Shown one piece after another: positions 1 to 11,263 of a stretch of DNA of 64,000 nt. Numbering within the stretch: the first letter of the stretch is position 1; each line of letters opens with the position of its first letter. The translations under genes were made by a program, and so were the position numbers. This stretch comes from Epithemia pelagica (lineage: Eukaryota > Protista > Bacillariophyta): NCBI GenBank assembly GCA_946965045.2, contig OX337235.1, forward strand, positions 2,170,001-2,234,000, in the 5' to 3' direction. The notes below the pieces were generated by a model. That model was not told where the DNA came from, did not search any database, and saw only the letters and a program-made list of their open reading frames with translations.

Positions 1-232
1 TGCGCTGCTCAACACAGCTTGGGTGCTGGACGGAAGCAAGATGCAGATTTATGACAAAACGAAGATGGGGTACAAGGACGACGATTCAATATTCTTGGGT
101 GGTTATGAGCAACGTGAAGCAGTGGTTGGAGCTGAGATTACAGTGACGCATCCAATGACAGAGACCTCTCCCTCGGACCTACCTCGAACGTCGCCCTCGT
201 TCCTTTCATCGAAGAAGTCGGATCCTGTTTGA
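1..232 (+). CDS. 3' end of a possible gene entering from the left edge, product unknown
   Basis: Frame is open from the window edge to a stop at 232; no recognisable motif. Confidence 0.3.
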   Translation, partial: ALLNTAWVLDGSKMQIYDKTKMGYKDDDSIFLGGYEQREAVVGAEITVTHPMTETSPSDLPRTSPSFLSSKKSDPV

Positions 233-562
233 TAGGTTGCTCGTTGGTTCTAAATTCATGATTTATGTGGCTTTCTGTCTGACCGTGAACCTGTGAAAGA
301 ATTTGTTCTTTTGTCATATCTTCAAGAAAAAGTCTTTGTAGGTGTTTCAGTTTGCGAGAACTCCAATGATCTGAGCTCATTAACCTTCATTCGATTGCGA
401 GAAAGCATATTACCTATTCCTAGCAAGAATCATGAGATCTCTGAGTTGACAGCAAGGATGTCAGACAAGGCCATATCCCCTTCATCATTGCTCCCGTTGG
501 CGCCTTTATGTCATGCTTATCTCATCATGTCAGTCTCAGAAGTCTATGTTGTGTGTGTGGTA

Positions 563-1158
563 AGGGCTGGGTAAGCCGATCCATGTTCGGCTAAGTAGGC
601 TCAGTACATTAAGCTACGTAGTACTATTTTCATCACTGTAACAAGTGGGGCGAATGGTCCCACAAATCGAAAACTTGCTGCCACGAGAAACAATGCAATC
701 CGGAAACCATCACTCGACAATGGTCGAAGAAATCACCCCCATGGCAATAACTTCATGGATAATTGAGCCTAACTGAATCACTTTTAGAATAATACTCTTG
801 AATACTAGAGCAACTATGGTTTCAATTTGATTCAGTCACCGTTGAGAAATGAATGAGTTAGGAAGGTTTTTGGATTACATCACCAGTATACCTTTTGATC
901 CAACGCGACAAATCTTCTGTAGCTGCAGAACACAGTAATACAAGCAAACTCAAACAACTTACAGTAGTAGGATGTTGATGCGATGCATCGGTAAATGCAT
1001 GCGGCATCAACGGATCTCGCCGTCATCGTGGAGTGTTTTTGCATTTTTTCGGACTTCCCACCATTTCAGGTATGACGTGTACTATGGGATTTTATGTACG
1101 CTACGTAGCTTTTGTACTGAACCTACTTAGCCGAACATGGATCGGCTTACCCAGCCCT
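563..1158. mobile_element. MITE family A, copy 1 (596 bp, ~58-bp TIRs, TA-flanked)
   Basis: Left end AGGGCTGGGTAAGCCGATCCATGTTCGGCTAAGTAGG is the reverse complement of the right end; TA at 561-562 and 1159-1160; no coding capacity; second copy at 25863-26468. Confidence 0.9.
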
Positions 1159-1451
1159 TAGTGGGGAGATTTCGCAATTCGCGACTGAAAACCGGTTGAA
1201 GTTCCGTCGCGAGCTTGTAGGGACAATGATTACTTTTTTTAATTAAATGCGCTAGAGATACTCCTACCATTTATCTGATGCTACCATAGCCCTCTACTAG
1301 TACTGGGGGTACAAGCTATCCAAACAAAATTCGGGGGTGGTGGGTGGTGGTACAAGTCCTCGTCCTGATGAGTTGGTCGTCATTCGGCATCAACTTTTCC
1401 TCGGCAATGTCTGACACAATATCAAGTTGTTTGCACGCTCTGTCAAAGACG

Positions 1452-2343
1452 ATGAGGCCTCTGGTTGTAGCGGCAATCTGCTTTGCCGCACCACTTGTAG
1501 TCCATGCGTTACAATCTCTGCGTCGACCAGGCTTCAAAGGTTTGCACGGGTCGCGGGGTTTCCACAACAGCCATCAGCTTCCTGCACTTTTCTCAAGTGG
1601 CAATGTATGCGATGAGCCATCGAGTGTGGATTCACTTTTGTCCGATCTAGGAAACCAGCCTGATTCTGGAAAACTCCTTCGAGAGCTTTCCCTAACCGAT
1701 GCGGACGGTAAGAGTGTTCGTCTGGGTGACAAAATGGGCATGGAAAGGGCCATGGTGGTATTTCTTCGACATCTTGGGTGACGTAAGTTCTGGTTTCACG
1801 AAATGGCATCGCTGCATCGGGTGTTGTTTATAAATAACCAAAACATGTCTAACAGCCTTGTTTTCAGCCTACTGCTGGAGCTTTGCTAAGGAATGTTGCG
1901 AGCTCCAGCCCGAACTGTCGTCCCTTGGTGTTACAGGGCCAATTTTCATTTCCCTTGGAGACGCAGAGAAACTCAACAAATTCTTGGAAATCAACACCTT
2001 TGTTCCAAGAGACGTGATGTTCGTAGACGATTATGAATTTGGGGCGTATAAGGCTGCCGGATTTTCAAAAAGTCTCAAAATTGGCTTGGATGTGCCCGAA
2101 GGGTTTTCCCTTCAGGCTCCATCACTAGGTTTTGGTGAGTGGTGGAAGTATCTGTCGAATGTAATCAAGGTTTCACCCATGCCTTCCGAATCTGTGACGG
2201 ATGAACAAGTTTTGGCTGTGGTTTCGAAATTGGGTGGAACACTTGTTGTTGATGGCGAAGACGTCATCTATCAATGGACCGATTCCATCCCCGGTGATCA
2301 CCCAGATCTCGAGGACATTCTCCAAGTGGTCCGAAACTCTTAA
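1452..2343 (+). CDS. Selenoprotein of the AhpC/TSA-like (SelU/PRXL2-type) thioredoxin-fold family with a UxxC motif; probably plastid-targeted; 2 exons (1452-1782, 1868-2343)
   Basis: VVFLRHLG-TGA(1779-1781)-C, then GTAAGT intron 1783-1867 (CTAAC branch, TTTTCAG acceptor), joins in frame to give FLRHLG-U-P-Y-C-WSFAKE. Downstream FVDD and GG-LVV..WTD..PGDHP are typical of the family. N-terminal signal peptide MRPLVVAAICFAAPLVVHA. Confidence 0.85.
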
Positions 2344-2429
2344 GGCCACTTTGGTTGTTTCTACACACACAACCCAGGTCCATCATTTGCAAGGTTTTCG
2401 TGTGGCGACAACGGCTTTGAATGCTTCCC

Positions 2430-2515
2430 AACGTGAATGACGCTTGTACTCTGGCTCATTTATCAATGACACAAGCCGATAATAACCAATTGATGTGGAG
2501 CATTTTGAAGCTGCT
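2430..2515 (+). promoter_or_regulatory. Candidate SECIS element in the selenoprotein 3' UTR (two overlapping alternatives)
   Basis: (a) ATGAC 2437, GCTTGT/ACAAGC helix, CGAT 2477-2480, but no canonical apical AA. (b) ATGA 2466, 11 nt, AA 2481-2482, GA 2498-2499, with a weaker helix. Not folded computationally. Confidence 0.4.
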
Positions 2516-2912
2516 GTATATGCGATAAACATTGCTTATGGAACTTTCTTAGCCCTTTTCTTGTAGTTCATCAGATGGTTGTAAAACTAGGACGGGCAAA
2601 AGTTGCCTCCAACCTCTGTGTGGCGCTCGCACTCGCATGACCTATGACCTACTCCTACACCTATGACGAGTAAGCACGTCAGGAACTCTGGACGCTGAAG
2701 AGTCGCGTAAGGTTGTGGATCTTCCGACAAAATGACGAGAGTACCATCTGCTCCACGCCCACATCGCTGCGACAAAGACCACAAAGATAAACGACGCCAT
2801 CCAAAAGATTCATTGGTGTGTTTCGGATTAGTAGGCGTTCGACGCGAAGCATCGGGCTACTACTTCATTGTATCATTATCTTTGGGCCGGAGTCGACAAA
2901 ACTTCCAAGAAA

Positions 2913-4202
2913 ATGATTCGATCCGTTGATTTCTTGATTCTCCTATGCTCCGTCTTGCAGCCGTCATGGGCATTTGTACCTCTTGCCTCGAATAGAGATT
3001 TCCCACTCCTTTCTTGGACCAGTAGCTATGATGGCCGACCGCAAGCGAGCGATAAGTTTCCAGCTGTTGGACACGTTCGTCGTCTGGGTGGCGCGAAAGT
3101 ATATGCTGAAGTTGTGGCTGGTCGTTATGAGGATGCCGATGAAAATATGGTAACAGAAGAACAGCCAAACGCAAATGATGAAGCACCTGTAGTGACGAAT
3201 GTCATCTCGACAAGTGATGATATTGCCTCTACGAGCAAGCCATCTTTTCCAGTGGTACTATGGAAGTTTACTCGGCCGCACACAATTATTGGATCGGCTT
3301 TTGCCATTCCGTCCTTACATATTCTGGCTGCTCCAACGCTTGGAGCTGCCTTTTCCTCAAAAGCTTTGATGGTAATGTTTTATGCAATGGCTCCAGCGCT
3401 CTTGATGAACTTGTATATCACTGGATTAAACCAGATTACGGATGTTGAGATTGATAAGGTTAACAAACCCAATCTCCCAATTCCTGCGGGGATGCTAAGT
3501 GTTCGGAATGCCTCCATCACTGTTCTGGTTTCCCTGATCGCTTCGTTGTGGATGGGATACGCTCATCCTGTATACGGAACGGAAGGCCTTAATGTGGCAC
3601 TTTGGGGATCAGGAATTCTGGGAACGCTGTACAGCTTGTCTCCTTTCCGCTTGAAACGATTCCCGGTGCTGGCCGCTTTCTGTATTGTCGCTGTTCGTGG
3701 AGCAATCATCAATGCATCTTTCTTTGCTCATTCCGCTGCAGCAGCGTATGGTGGCATTGCTGCGAACGCAGGGTCTTCAATTCTTTATTGCCTCAAGAAC
3801 AACCGTGCATGCTTTCTATCCAGCATGTTCTTTGCAGTGTTTGGCCTCGTCATTGCCCTTATGAAAGATGTCCCGGACGTGGCGGGCGATCGACGAGCCA
3901 ACGTCAGAACCTTCTCGGTTCGGATTGGACAAAAGAGAGTGTTTCATGGTATGCGATGGCTACTGTCAGGGTTGTTCTTTGCTGTCGGAGCGTCGTTTCT
4001 TCGCTCTGCACTCGTAGCACCGACATGGGCACTCATTGCAGGCAGGGTCATCACCGGCTGCTCATCTGTATGGGCTGGCTTTTCGGTGCGAAAGGAAGCC
4101 CAAGATGTAGATCCTGAAAACAGTCAACAAGTGTATGACTTCTACATGCACCTGTGGAAGCTGTTCTACCTCTCCTACTTTGCTTTGCCATTCGCTAGGT
4201 AG
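2913..4202 (+). CDS. HPT: Homogentisate prenyltransferase (UbiA family; HPT/VTE2-like, HST not excluded), plastid-targeted
   Basis: WKFTRPHTIIGS, NQITDVEIDKVNKPNLP and KDVPDVAGD motifs; multiple TM segments; signal peptide ending SWA-F. Confidence 0.85.
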   Translation: MIRSVDFLILLCSVLQPSWAFVPLASNRDFPLLSWTSSYDGRPQASDKFPAVGHVRRLGGAKVYAEVVAGRYEDADENMVTEEQPNANDEAPVVTNVISTSDDIASTSKPSFPVVLWKFTRPHTIIGSAFAIPSLHILAAPTLGAAFSSKALMVMFYAMAPALLMNLYITGLNQITDVEIDKVNKPNLPIPAGMLSVRNASITVLVSLIASLWMGYAHPVYGTEGLNVALWGSGILGTLYSLSPFRLKRFPVLAAFCIVAVRGAIINASFFAHSAAAAYGGIAANAGSSILYCLKNNRACFLSSMFFAVFGLVIALMKDVPDVAGDRRANVRTFSVRIGQKRVFHGMRWLLSGLFFAVGASFLRSALVAPTWALIAGRVITGCSSVWAGFSVRKEAQDVDPENSQQVYDFYMHLWKLFYLSYFALPFAR

Positions 4203-4417
4203 CTAAACAATCACACTCTTGAGCATGGCGACGCTATCCTTAATCCGTAAATACACCTCCTAGCTTTGGTACCGCGCTATCGCATTCCTGTCGCATCTCA
4301 TGGTGGTCGCGGATCACGCGGAAGAAGGATCTTTGATGACCCCTTCTCATTCTCATGCCTTTTTTACGCGAAGATATATGGCCAATGGCCACTACCAAAT
4401 ATTCACCGGGGGACAAC

Positions 4418-5701
4418 ATGTTCATACGACATCATATCACATCCATCTGGTTTTGTATTGCGGCCTTTCAATCACAAGCTCTGGGGTTCGTTCCTAGTGG
4501 TTCTGTGTCGCTGCAGTCCCAAAGTCCACAAAAATGTAGCCCCAGAGATTCGGAAACTTCGCTTATGGCGTTGGAGAAGAAGTCTTCGCTCTCACGCCGC
4601 TGCGTCTTATCGACGGCAGCAAGTTGCCTGTCGTCCTTGGCCTGTCGAGCTGTGTCGCCCGTGGCGGCATCAGAATCGGGATTGGTGGCGGATTTGCCCA
4701 TGATCCGTCTACGACTACCACAAGGTGGTTTTGGTCGGGAATACGTTGTTATTAAATTACAGATCAAAGGGCAAGGGCCCTACGATTTCATGGTTGACAC
4801 TGGACTCACCGCCGAATTCATAACGCCTCATCTTCAGCAATTGCTGGGGATCGGCGGTGGACGATCCTCTAAAATCACATGTCTCGCAGCTGGTGGGTCC
4901 TCCGAGCAAAATCTGATAGAGCTTGAAGGTGCGTCACTTTGCTGTGGTGACATTAAAGGAGGGAGTGGTGGTGAGTTGTCGCTTCCTACTCTTCATGCAA
5001 TCATCACGGATTTTCCACAAGAACATATGGATCCTGCCCACGACCCCGTGGAGGGTATGCTGGGGATGGAAGTGCTGTCTTTGTACGATGTAGATTTTGA
5101 TTTTGCTGCAGGTCGGCTACGTCTCTGGAGACCTGGCACAGCTGCTACCGTCGCTGTTGCAAGTGGTATGGTTTCGATCCCAGCTGTTGTGATAAACGAG
5201 ACAGGTTTGATTGGAATCCGAGTTTCTAGCGTACCAACGGATCCCTCCAGACCACAACAACCAATCTTGGGATTTCTAGACTGTGGATCAAGCTTCTCGG
5301 CTGTTAATTGGGCAGCAGCCAAGTATCTTGGACTTCCAGAACGAGGTGATTCAGTATATTCCAAAGGACCTGTCGTTGCGGCGATGGGCATAGACGGTCG
5401 GCCTTTGCAATTACCTACTCTTTCACAACGCCTCACTTTCACAGGAGACGTGTTGAGAGATCAACAGACGGGTCGTCCAATCGGATTTGCTCCGCCTCCA
5501 TCCAACTGGAAGCTTTGGGACGAGACCCGTCTTGCTATTGGGGACCTTCCCGCATTTGAGACTGTTCTTGGTGATGGAAAGACTGCATATAGAGGACCTG
5601 CTGCCTTGATTGGTCTCGATGTCCTCGCACAGCGTCGTGTCATCATAGAAACTGGTGCATTTGGTACACGTCAGAGACGAGTGTTTGTTGGTGCCAACTA
5701 G
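4418..5701 (+). CDS. Clan AA (retropepsin-like) aspartyl protease with two domains, probably plastid-targeted
   Basis: FMVDTG and FLDCGSS catalytic-type motifs, each followed by a G-(M/L)-(L/I)-G-x-(E/D)-V-L motif; presequence ending LG-F-VP. Confidence 0.7.
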   Translation: MFIRHHITSIWFCIAAFQSQALGFVPSGSVSLQSQSPQKCSPRDSETSLMALEKKSSLSRRCVLSTAASCLSSLACRAVSPVAASESGLVADLPMIRLRLPQGGFGREYVVIKLQIKGQGPYDFMVDTGLTAEFITPHLQQLLGIGGGRSSKITCLAAGGSSEQNLIELEGASLCCGDIKGGSGGELSLPTLHAIITDFPQEHMDPAHDPVEGMLGMEVLSLYDVDFDFAAGRLRLWRPGTAATVAVASGMVSIPAVVINETGLIGIRVSSVPTDPSRPQQPILGFLDCGSSFSAVNWAAAKYLGLPERGDSVYSKGPVVAAMGIDGRPLQLPTLSQRLTFTGDVLRDQQTGRPIGFAPPPSNWKLWDETRLAIGDLPAFETVLGDGKTAYRGPAALIGLDVLAQRRVIIETGAFGTRQRRVFVGAN

Positions 5702-5950
5702 GTCGGAAGAACTGTTGTCCACATTGCAAATGGTCATGCCTACCTTAGTTACCCGCTCCTTATGCGTCGGGATTTTCTTCCGGATCTGTCGTAGGAGTCC
5801 AGTCATTGATAGATAACGGCGACTGAATTGATTCCAATTCTTTCATCCGCGTCTGGGGAATCTTTCACCTGGCATTTCTTGAGTCCTGTGATGTCTCCAT
5901 TTTTCTGAAACGGCGTGACCGATCGCTCTACTGTCGGAAGGAAGAACACC

Positions 5951-7058
5951 ATGTCGACGCCGACACCTGAAAAGCCTCGTATCCTAGCCTTATTCGATGT
6001 GGATGGTACTCTGACCGTCCCTCGTGGCGAGATCACCCCCGAAATGCTTAGTTTTATGAAAGATTTGAGCAAGAAGGTGACGGTCGGAATCGTTGGAGGT
6101 GGGTGACGCCAATTGTACGCCGATACAATGGAAGTGCTGGGTATACCGCGAATATCTCATCATTTTCAATCCTTCTTGTTGTGTTTCTGCTCTTTCAGGA
6201 AGTGATCTTCCCAAGCAGGAGGAGCAACTCGGCGAAGGAATCGTAAATGTGTTTCCCTGGAATTTCTCACAGAATGGATTGGTGGCGTATAAGAATGGTG
6301 AAATCTTGGAAGTCCAAACCATTGGTACGTCGATATGGCTGCGCTTGTCTCACTGCTATTTGATCTCATGGAATTGTTATGTTCGCCCGACTCCTAACAG
6401 CGAAGCACCTTGGCGAGGAAAATGTGAAGCGTTTCGTCAACTGGGTGATGAAATACATGAGTGAGCTGGATATCCCTATCAAGGTACGTGTACTGAAGTA
6501 TGTTTCCTATTCGGGTCTTGTCATTTCATAAACTGACTGGTGATCCTTTTGACATGGATTGATAGCGTGGTACGTTCGTTGAATTCCGTTCGGGGATGTT
6601 CAATGTCTCTCCAATTGGTCGAAACTGTTCCCGTGCGGAACGCAATGACTACGAAAAGTTTGATCTTGAACACAACATTCGAAAAAACATGGTTGAAGCC
6701 ATGAAAAAGGAGTTTGCCGATCTAGACTTGTCGTTCTCCATCGGGGGCCAGATCAGCTTTGACGTCTTCCCTAAGGGCTGGGACAAGACCTACTGTCTCC
6801 GATTTCTGTCCAGTGATGACTTCGACGAGATCCACTTTTTTGGAGACAAAACTTTTGACGGTGGGAATGATTATGGTAAGTGCTTCATAAGGAAATTACG
6901 GATGTTGATCGTATCCTATACTTTTGTGCTCACAGCTTCGTCGTCGTGTGAACCTTTCCTCTCTTCCAGAAATCTTTACTCATGAACGAACTATTGGGCA
7001 CACTGTCACATCGCCAGATGACACGAAACAGCAATGTACTACCCTTTTCATGAGCTGA
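5951..7058 (+). CDS. PMM: Phosphomannomutase (HAD superfamily); exons 5951-6098, 6199-6324, 6401-6483, 6566-6875, 6970-7058
   Basis: [53 protein letters not shown] and FFGDKT..GGNDYEI motifs; four GT-AG introns restore one frame. Confidence 0.95.
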
Positions 7059-7271
7059 GCAGAGTTCCATGTGACCCCCTTTCAACAGTGAACCCTTGAC
7101 CCTTGATGCTGGTGTAAGAAAGTGTTCATCTTCCTATATATATCTATAATGCGCCCTCATCAATTCTACCTAGGAGTATGTGCTTTGTAGTCCCTCATCG
7201 TGTATCATCCACTTTCTTCGCTCAACAAGGAGGCGGCATTTTGGATTCAGAAACTAGGGGATGGGACGAAA

Positions 7272-10200
7272 TCACGTCGCTTTCTTAGATCCGCAGGCAG
7301 AGCATTTTCGTTTTGATGCAGCGTTTAATAAAGTGCATGCGGCACACTGCCATTCCGATCGTTTGTTTTTCTCGTTGATGTCAGTTGAAGTCTGCGAGCT
7401 GTGTGGACGCTTCCTGGGGCTGTCATCGTCGTCGGAACTGTCAGAGAATATGGATCGCTTACCTAGTGTTGCCTGCGTCGAAGGTTTCAAGTTAGATTTC
7501 GATGTCACCTCTTCATCATCTTCGCACTCGATGATTTCTATCACTGAGTCTTCCTCATCAAGCGTATCCGTTGTTTGTGAGCTCGACCCATTCTCTTGTG
7601 GTGGAAGGTCTTTTTGATCCTGACAAGGGAGTTGTTCGCCTCGAGGAAGGGAAGAACCTGAATCAATTTCCTCCTCTTCGTCAGAACTACTCCAATCGCC
7701 CTGGTCTTCGATTGGTTTTCGAGATGCACTTTCAGTATCCTTGGATGATGAGACAGGGTTGTGGCCATCTTCCTTCGATTCAGCCTCAGAGACATGTCCC
7801 TCCGACCGCGCACAATTTTCAAGGGCCTCCATGGCTAAGCGTTCTTCCTCCTCTTGTTGTCTCTGTTGGATCAAGCTCCATGTGACTTCAAGACCAAACA
7901 CGAACGAAACAGCATCGTATCCCCTCATGGCGGCACGGAAAACGGGATCATCAACTGTATCAGTGGAATGGTGATGTGACCAGTGGCGCATGTTCTCTTC
8001 ATCCGGCATTCCAATTTGCTCTTGGTAGTCATCGCCTCGTTCATTGGTGACAGCACAGGTAGGGATACAGGTTTCCTCGCCACTCACTGTTTTGGTGTCA
8101 TCACCTCCTTTCATTGACATCAGTACAGGGACAAGACCACCCCATCTTTCCGTCCACCACGTCTGCAGTCGACGAGCAGCGTCGGCAATCTCTTGTCCTG
8201 CGTCCCAAACTTTAAGGACATTGGCAAATACTCGATTGACGTCCTTGGAGAAACTTGAAACGCTGTGGTACGCAGAAGGCTGGTCCGGAGATTTTTTCAA
8301 TGCTGAACGAATGGCTCCAAAGTCCATTGGCTGTTTTACTAGTTTTTCGTAATTCTCTTTGCTGCAGCCATGCTCTGTAGGATCAAGAGCACAAAGAAAA
8401 TATTTGGCATCTGGTTGCTGCTCCATTTCGTTCAAAACTTCTTCGCATTTGGCCAGTTTCTCGGGTAGTATCTTTGCAGCTTCCATTTCAGCATTGTCAT
8501 GAATAATCGCACACCGATCACAACGAAGCTTATCGTGAGTATCAGATGGGGTTCCAACTCGTAGTTTAAACAGATTCCGCAGGTCCTTTGTGCTCAGGGC
8601 GTTTACTTGTTCTTTGTCATCGACAACCGACTGGAGGCCTTCCTTTGAAAGCTGTCGCTGAAAAATCTTTTCTTCCACCGTCCCTGTAGCAAGAAACCGA
8701 TACGTGAAACATCTCTTCTTCTGACCGTCTCGCCAGCACCGTGCCGCTGCCTGTTTGTCGACTGCAGGGTTCCAATCCGGGTCAAATAGGACCAATCGGT
8801 TTCCTCCAATCAAGTTGAGTCCACTTCAAGTAGCATTGAGAGTAAGGGACAGACGAATTCTCGGTCTGGCAAGGGGAAACACGTTAGGGACTTACCAACC
8901 TCCTGCTTTGGAGGAAAGAAGAAAAGCTATGAGACCCGAACTGGGGTCATTGAATTCATCTACCATTTTTTGGCGTTTTTTCATGTTAATGCTTCCGTCC
9001 AAACGACAGAAACCCCACGAGTTTTCCCTGCACATACGTCCAATCAAATCGAGCGTCTGGGTGTAGTTCGAAACAATGACAATCTTGTCGCCTCCATTTC
9101 CAGGTTTGCGCATCTCCTTCATGAGGCGATACAAAACAAACATTTTCCCAGACAACTCTGGACATACAGGTCCTTGTCCACTACGTCCGCCCCCAGCAAT
9201 GTTCGGCATGTACTTGGAAACTCCGTCTGCTCCAGGGGCTGCTGTACTCTCCTTTTCTTCATTGTATTTTACATTTTTTGTTGATCGTCGATTGTTGGCG
9301 GCGACAGGCCCAGTTCTGTCCTCATCAACAATCAGGCTCGGGTGGTTACAGAGCTTCATTAGCATCTGAATGGACGAAAGGCAATTCACTTGTTTACCAT
9401 CGAGGACATGTTGCATGTCTTTGCTATTTACTAGATGTTGGTACATATTTTGCTGGATATTGGTAAGATTGCAACAAACCACTTGAACAAGTTTCGGTGG
9501 TAAGTGCTGGGCGTTGAGCGTATTGACGCGCCGTAAAATGAAGTCGTTCACTGTCCGACTCATTTCGTTTTGAATATCCATCATTTTCGTCTTTTGAGAG
9601 GACGTGGCATCTGGTTCGCGACCCCGTAAGATCGGAAAGAGCATATTCTTGCGGAATTCTTCAGGGGTCCCAAGAATCCCGTGGTTGGTGAAATCTACCA
9701 TCGCAAAAAACCTGCAAAGCAACCGCAAAAACTTGTAAGGAGCACGAGCAAGGCAACAAAGTGAAATCCACAGCCAATATCACATGGAAAACGTACTCTT
9801 GAAGATCATTTTGCATTGGAGTGCCTGTAAGGAGTACACGCCTTTTGACTGGTATGGAATCCAAGGCTCGGCTAGTTTGGTTGTCGCTGTTTTTAAGCCG
9901 ATGAGCTTCGTCGCATACAAGTAAATCGCAGCACGCCGGATTCTTTGTCAGTCTTTTGACGTGCGTTCTAATGCACTCATAGCTGGCGATCAGAATCTGG
10001 AACATGTTGGTTTTGACGAAAGTGTCGATATCCTTTTCAATAGTTCTTCGATCGGCTTCTGCCAGTGCCAGAGCTCGGACACCTCCTTTTCCTAGCCACT
10101 TTGTAAATTCATTGTCCCAGTTTTTGACCAAGGAACAGGGACAGACAACAATCACACGCTTGCATGTAGGTTCTGCCTTTGCCGTTATATGTGTTTTGAT

Positions 10201-11263
10201 GAGAGTGTAAATCAAAGCTGTCTCAGGAAAGGTCAGACCACGATTCAAGGTCATTTTGAATACAGCATGGTACTCTTCGACTTACTGACAGATTGCAGAG
10301 TTTTCCCCAAACCCATATCATCTATGAATATTGACGACAAGCAAAGAATTAAAAAACGTTTTGTGAGGCTCATATCCATTTCTCCAATGAGAACCTGGGT
10401 GTATTTCCGGCACTGGAAGTTTCCATGACATACCTGCAAGAATGCTGCCCAGAAAGAAGTCAAATATGTGAGAACAATTTGGAAAAGTTCCTAGCATCAT
10501 GCGGCTGACGTGACACATACCATCCGTTTCCTTCAAAGTCTTTCAACCCCATCACACACTCATACATGAACTTGACTCCTTCTCTCTGACTGTGAAAACG
10601 TGAAAGATGTGAGATACGCGAAATTATTGTTAATTGGGTTGACTCTTGTGTTTCCGTTTCTTACTGGGGACGCAGAAATTTGGCAAGGATGGGGGGAACA
10701 TATACACTTTGTTTGGAATATGCTTCGATCGGAGCTGGTTGTAGTACAGTCACTGTCTCTTCAACACCAAATTCATCAGGCCTAACAACAGAAGTCAACC
10801 TCGGTGGTAGCCCCTTGGCGACAATATCAGTCTCTCCTTGTTCTTTCTGCTCGTGCGGGCTGATCCAAAGACAGAGTGGTTCAAATGGTCGATCCTCAAT
10901 GTTCTCTTCTGTTTCATCCTCCGAACATGATTCTTGGTCTGTGTCGGCATCAGTTTTTGGTTGTGCAGGAAGTTTGAATGCAAGTCCACGCCCCGCCCTT
11001 GCCATCAATTTGGCCATGCCATCCATCCGACGTCGCTGTCCCAAACTACTATGTCTCAAAGCGTCATCTGCTTGTTTGTTATATGCACGACGCTTGGTCA
11101 TGGGCCGCTGGAATTTCTTGCCACCCAAAATTGTCAACCCTGGCATGATGGGAGCACGTTGTACTTTGAGTTTCACCGCCGAAGGCCGCTTCCAAAGAGG
11201 AAGGGATGATGTATGCGCCCCACATTTCCCAGATGAGGATCCAAGTAGCTTCTTGTGCAACAT
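7272..11263 (-). CDS. RAD54: RAD54-like SNF2 DNA translocase with a C-terminal bromodomain-like region and RanBP2-type zinc finger; multi-exon
   Basis: After splicing: [120 protein letters not shown]-terminal WQCAAC..N..C..C. Confidence 0.9.

Noticed and set aside
561-1160. Reading MITE family A as Harbinger-type (TAA...TTA flanks, GGG termini)
   Set aside because: In both copies the flanks would be TAA and TTA, which is not a direct duplication; only TA is directly repeated.
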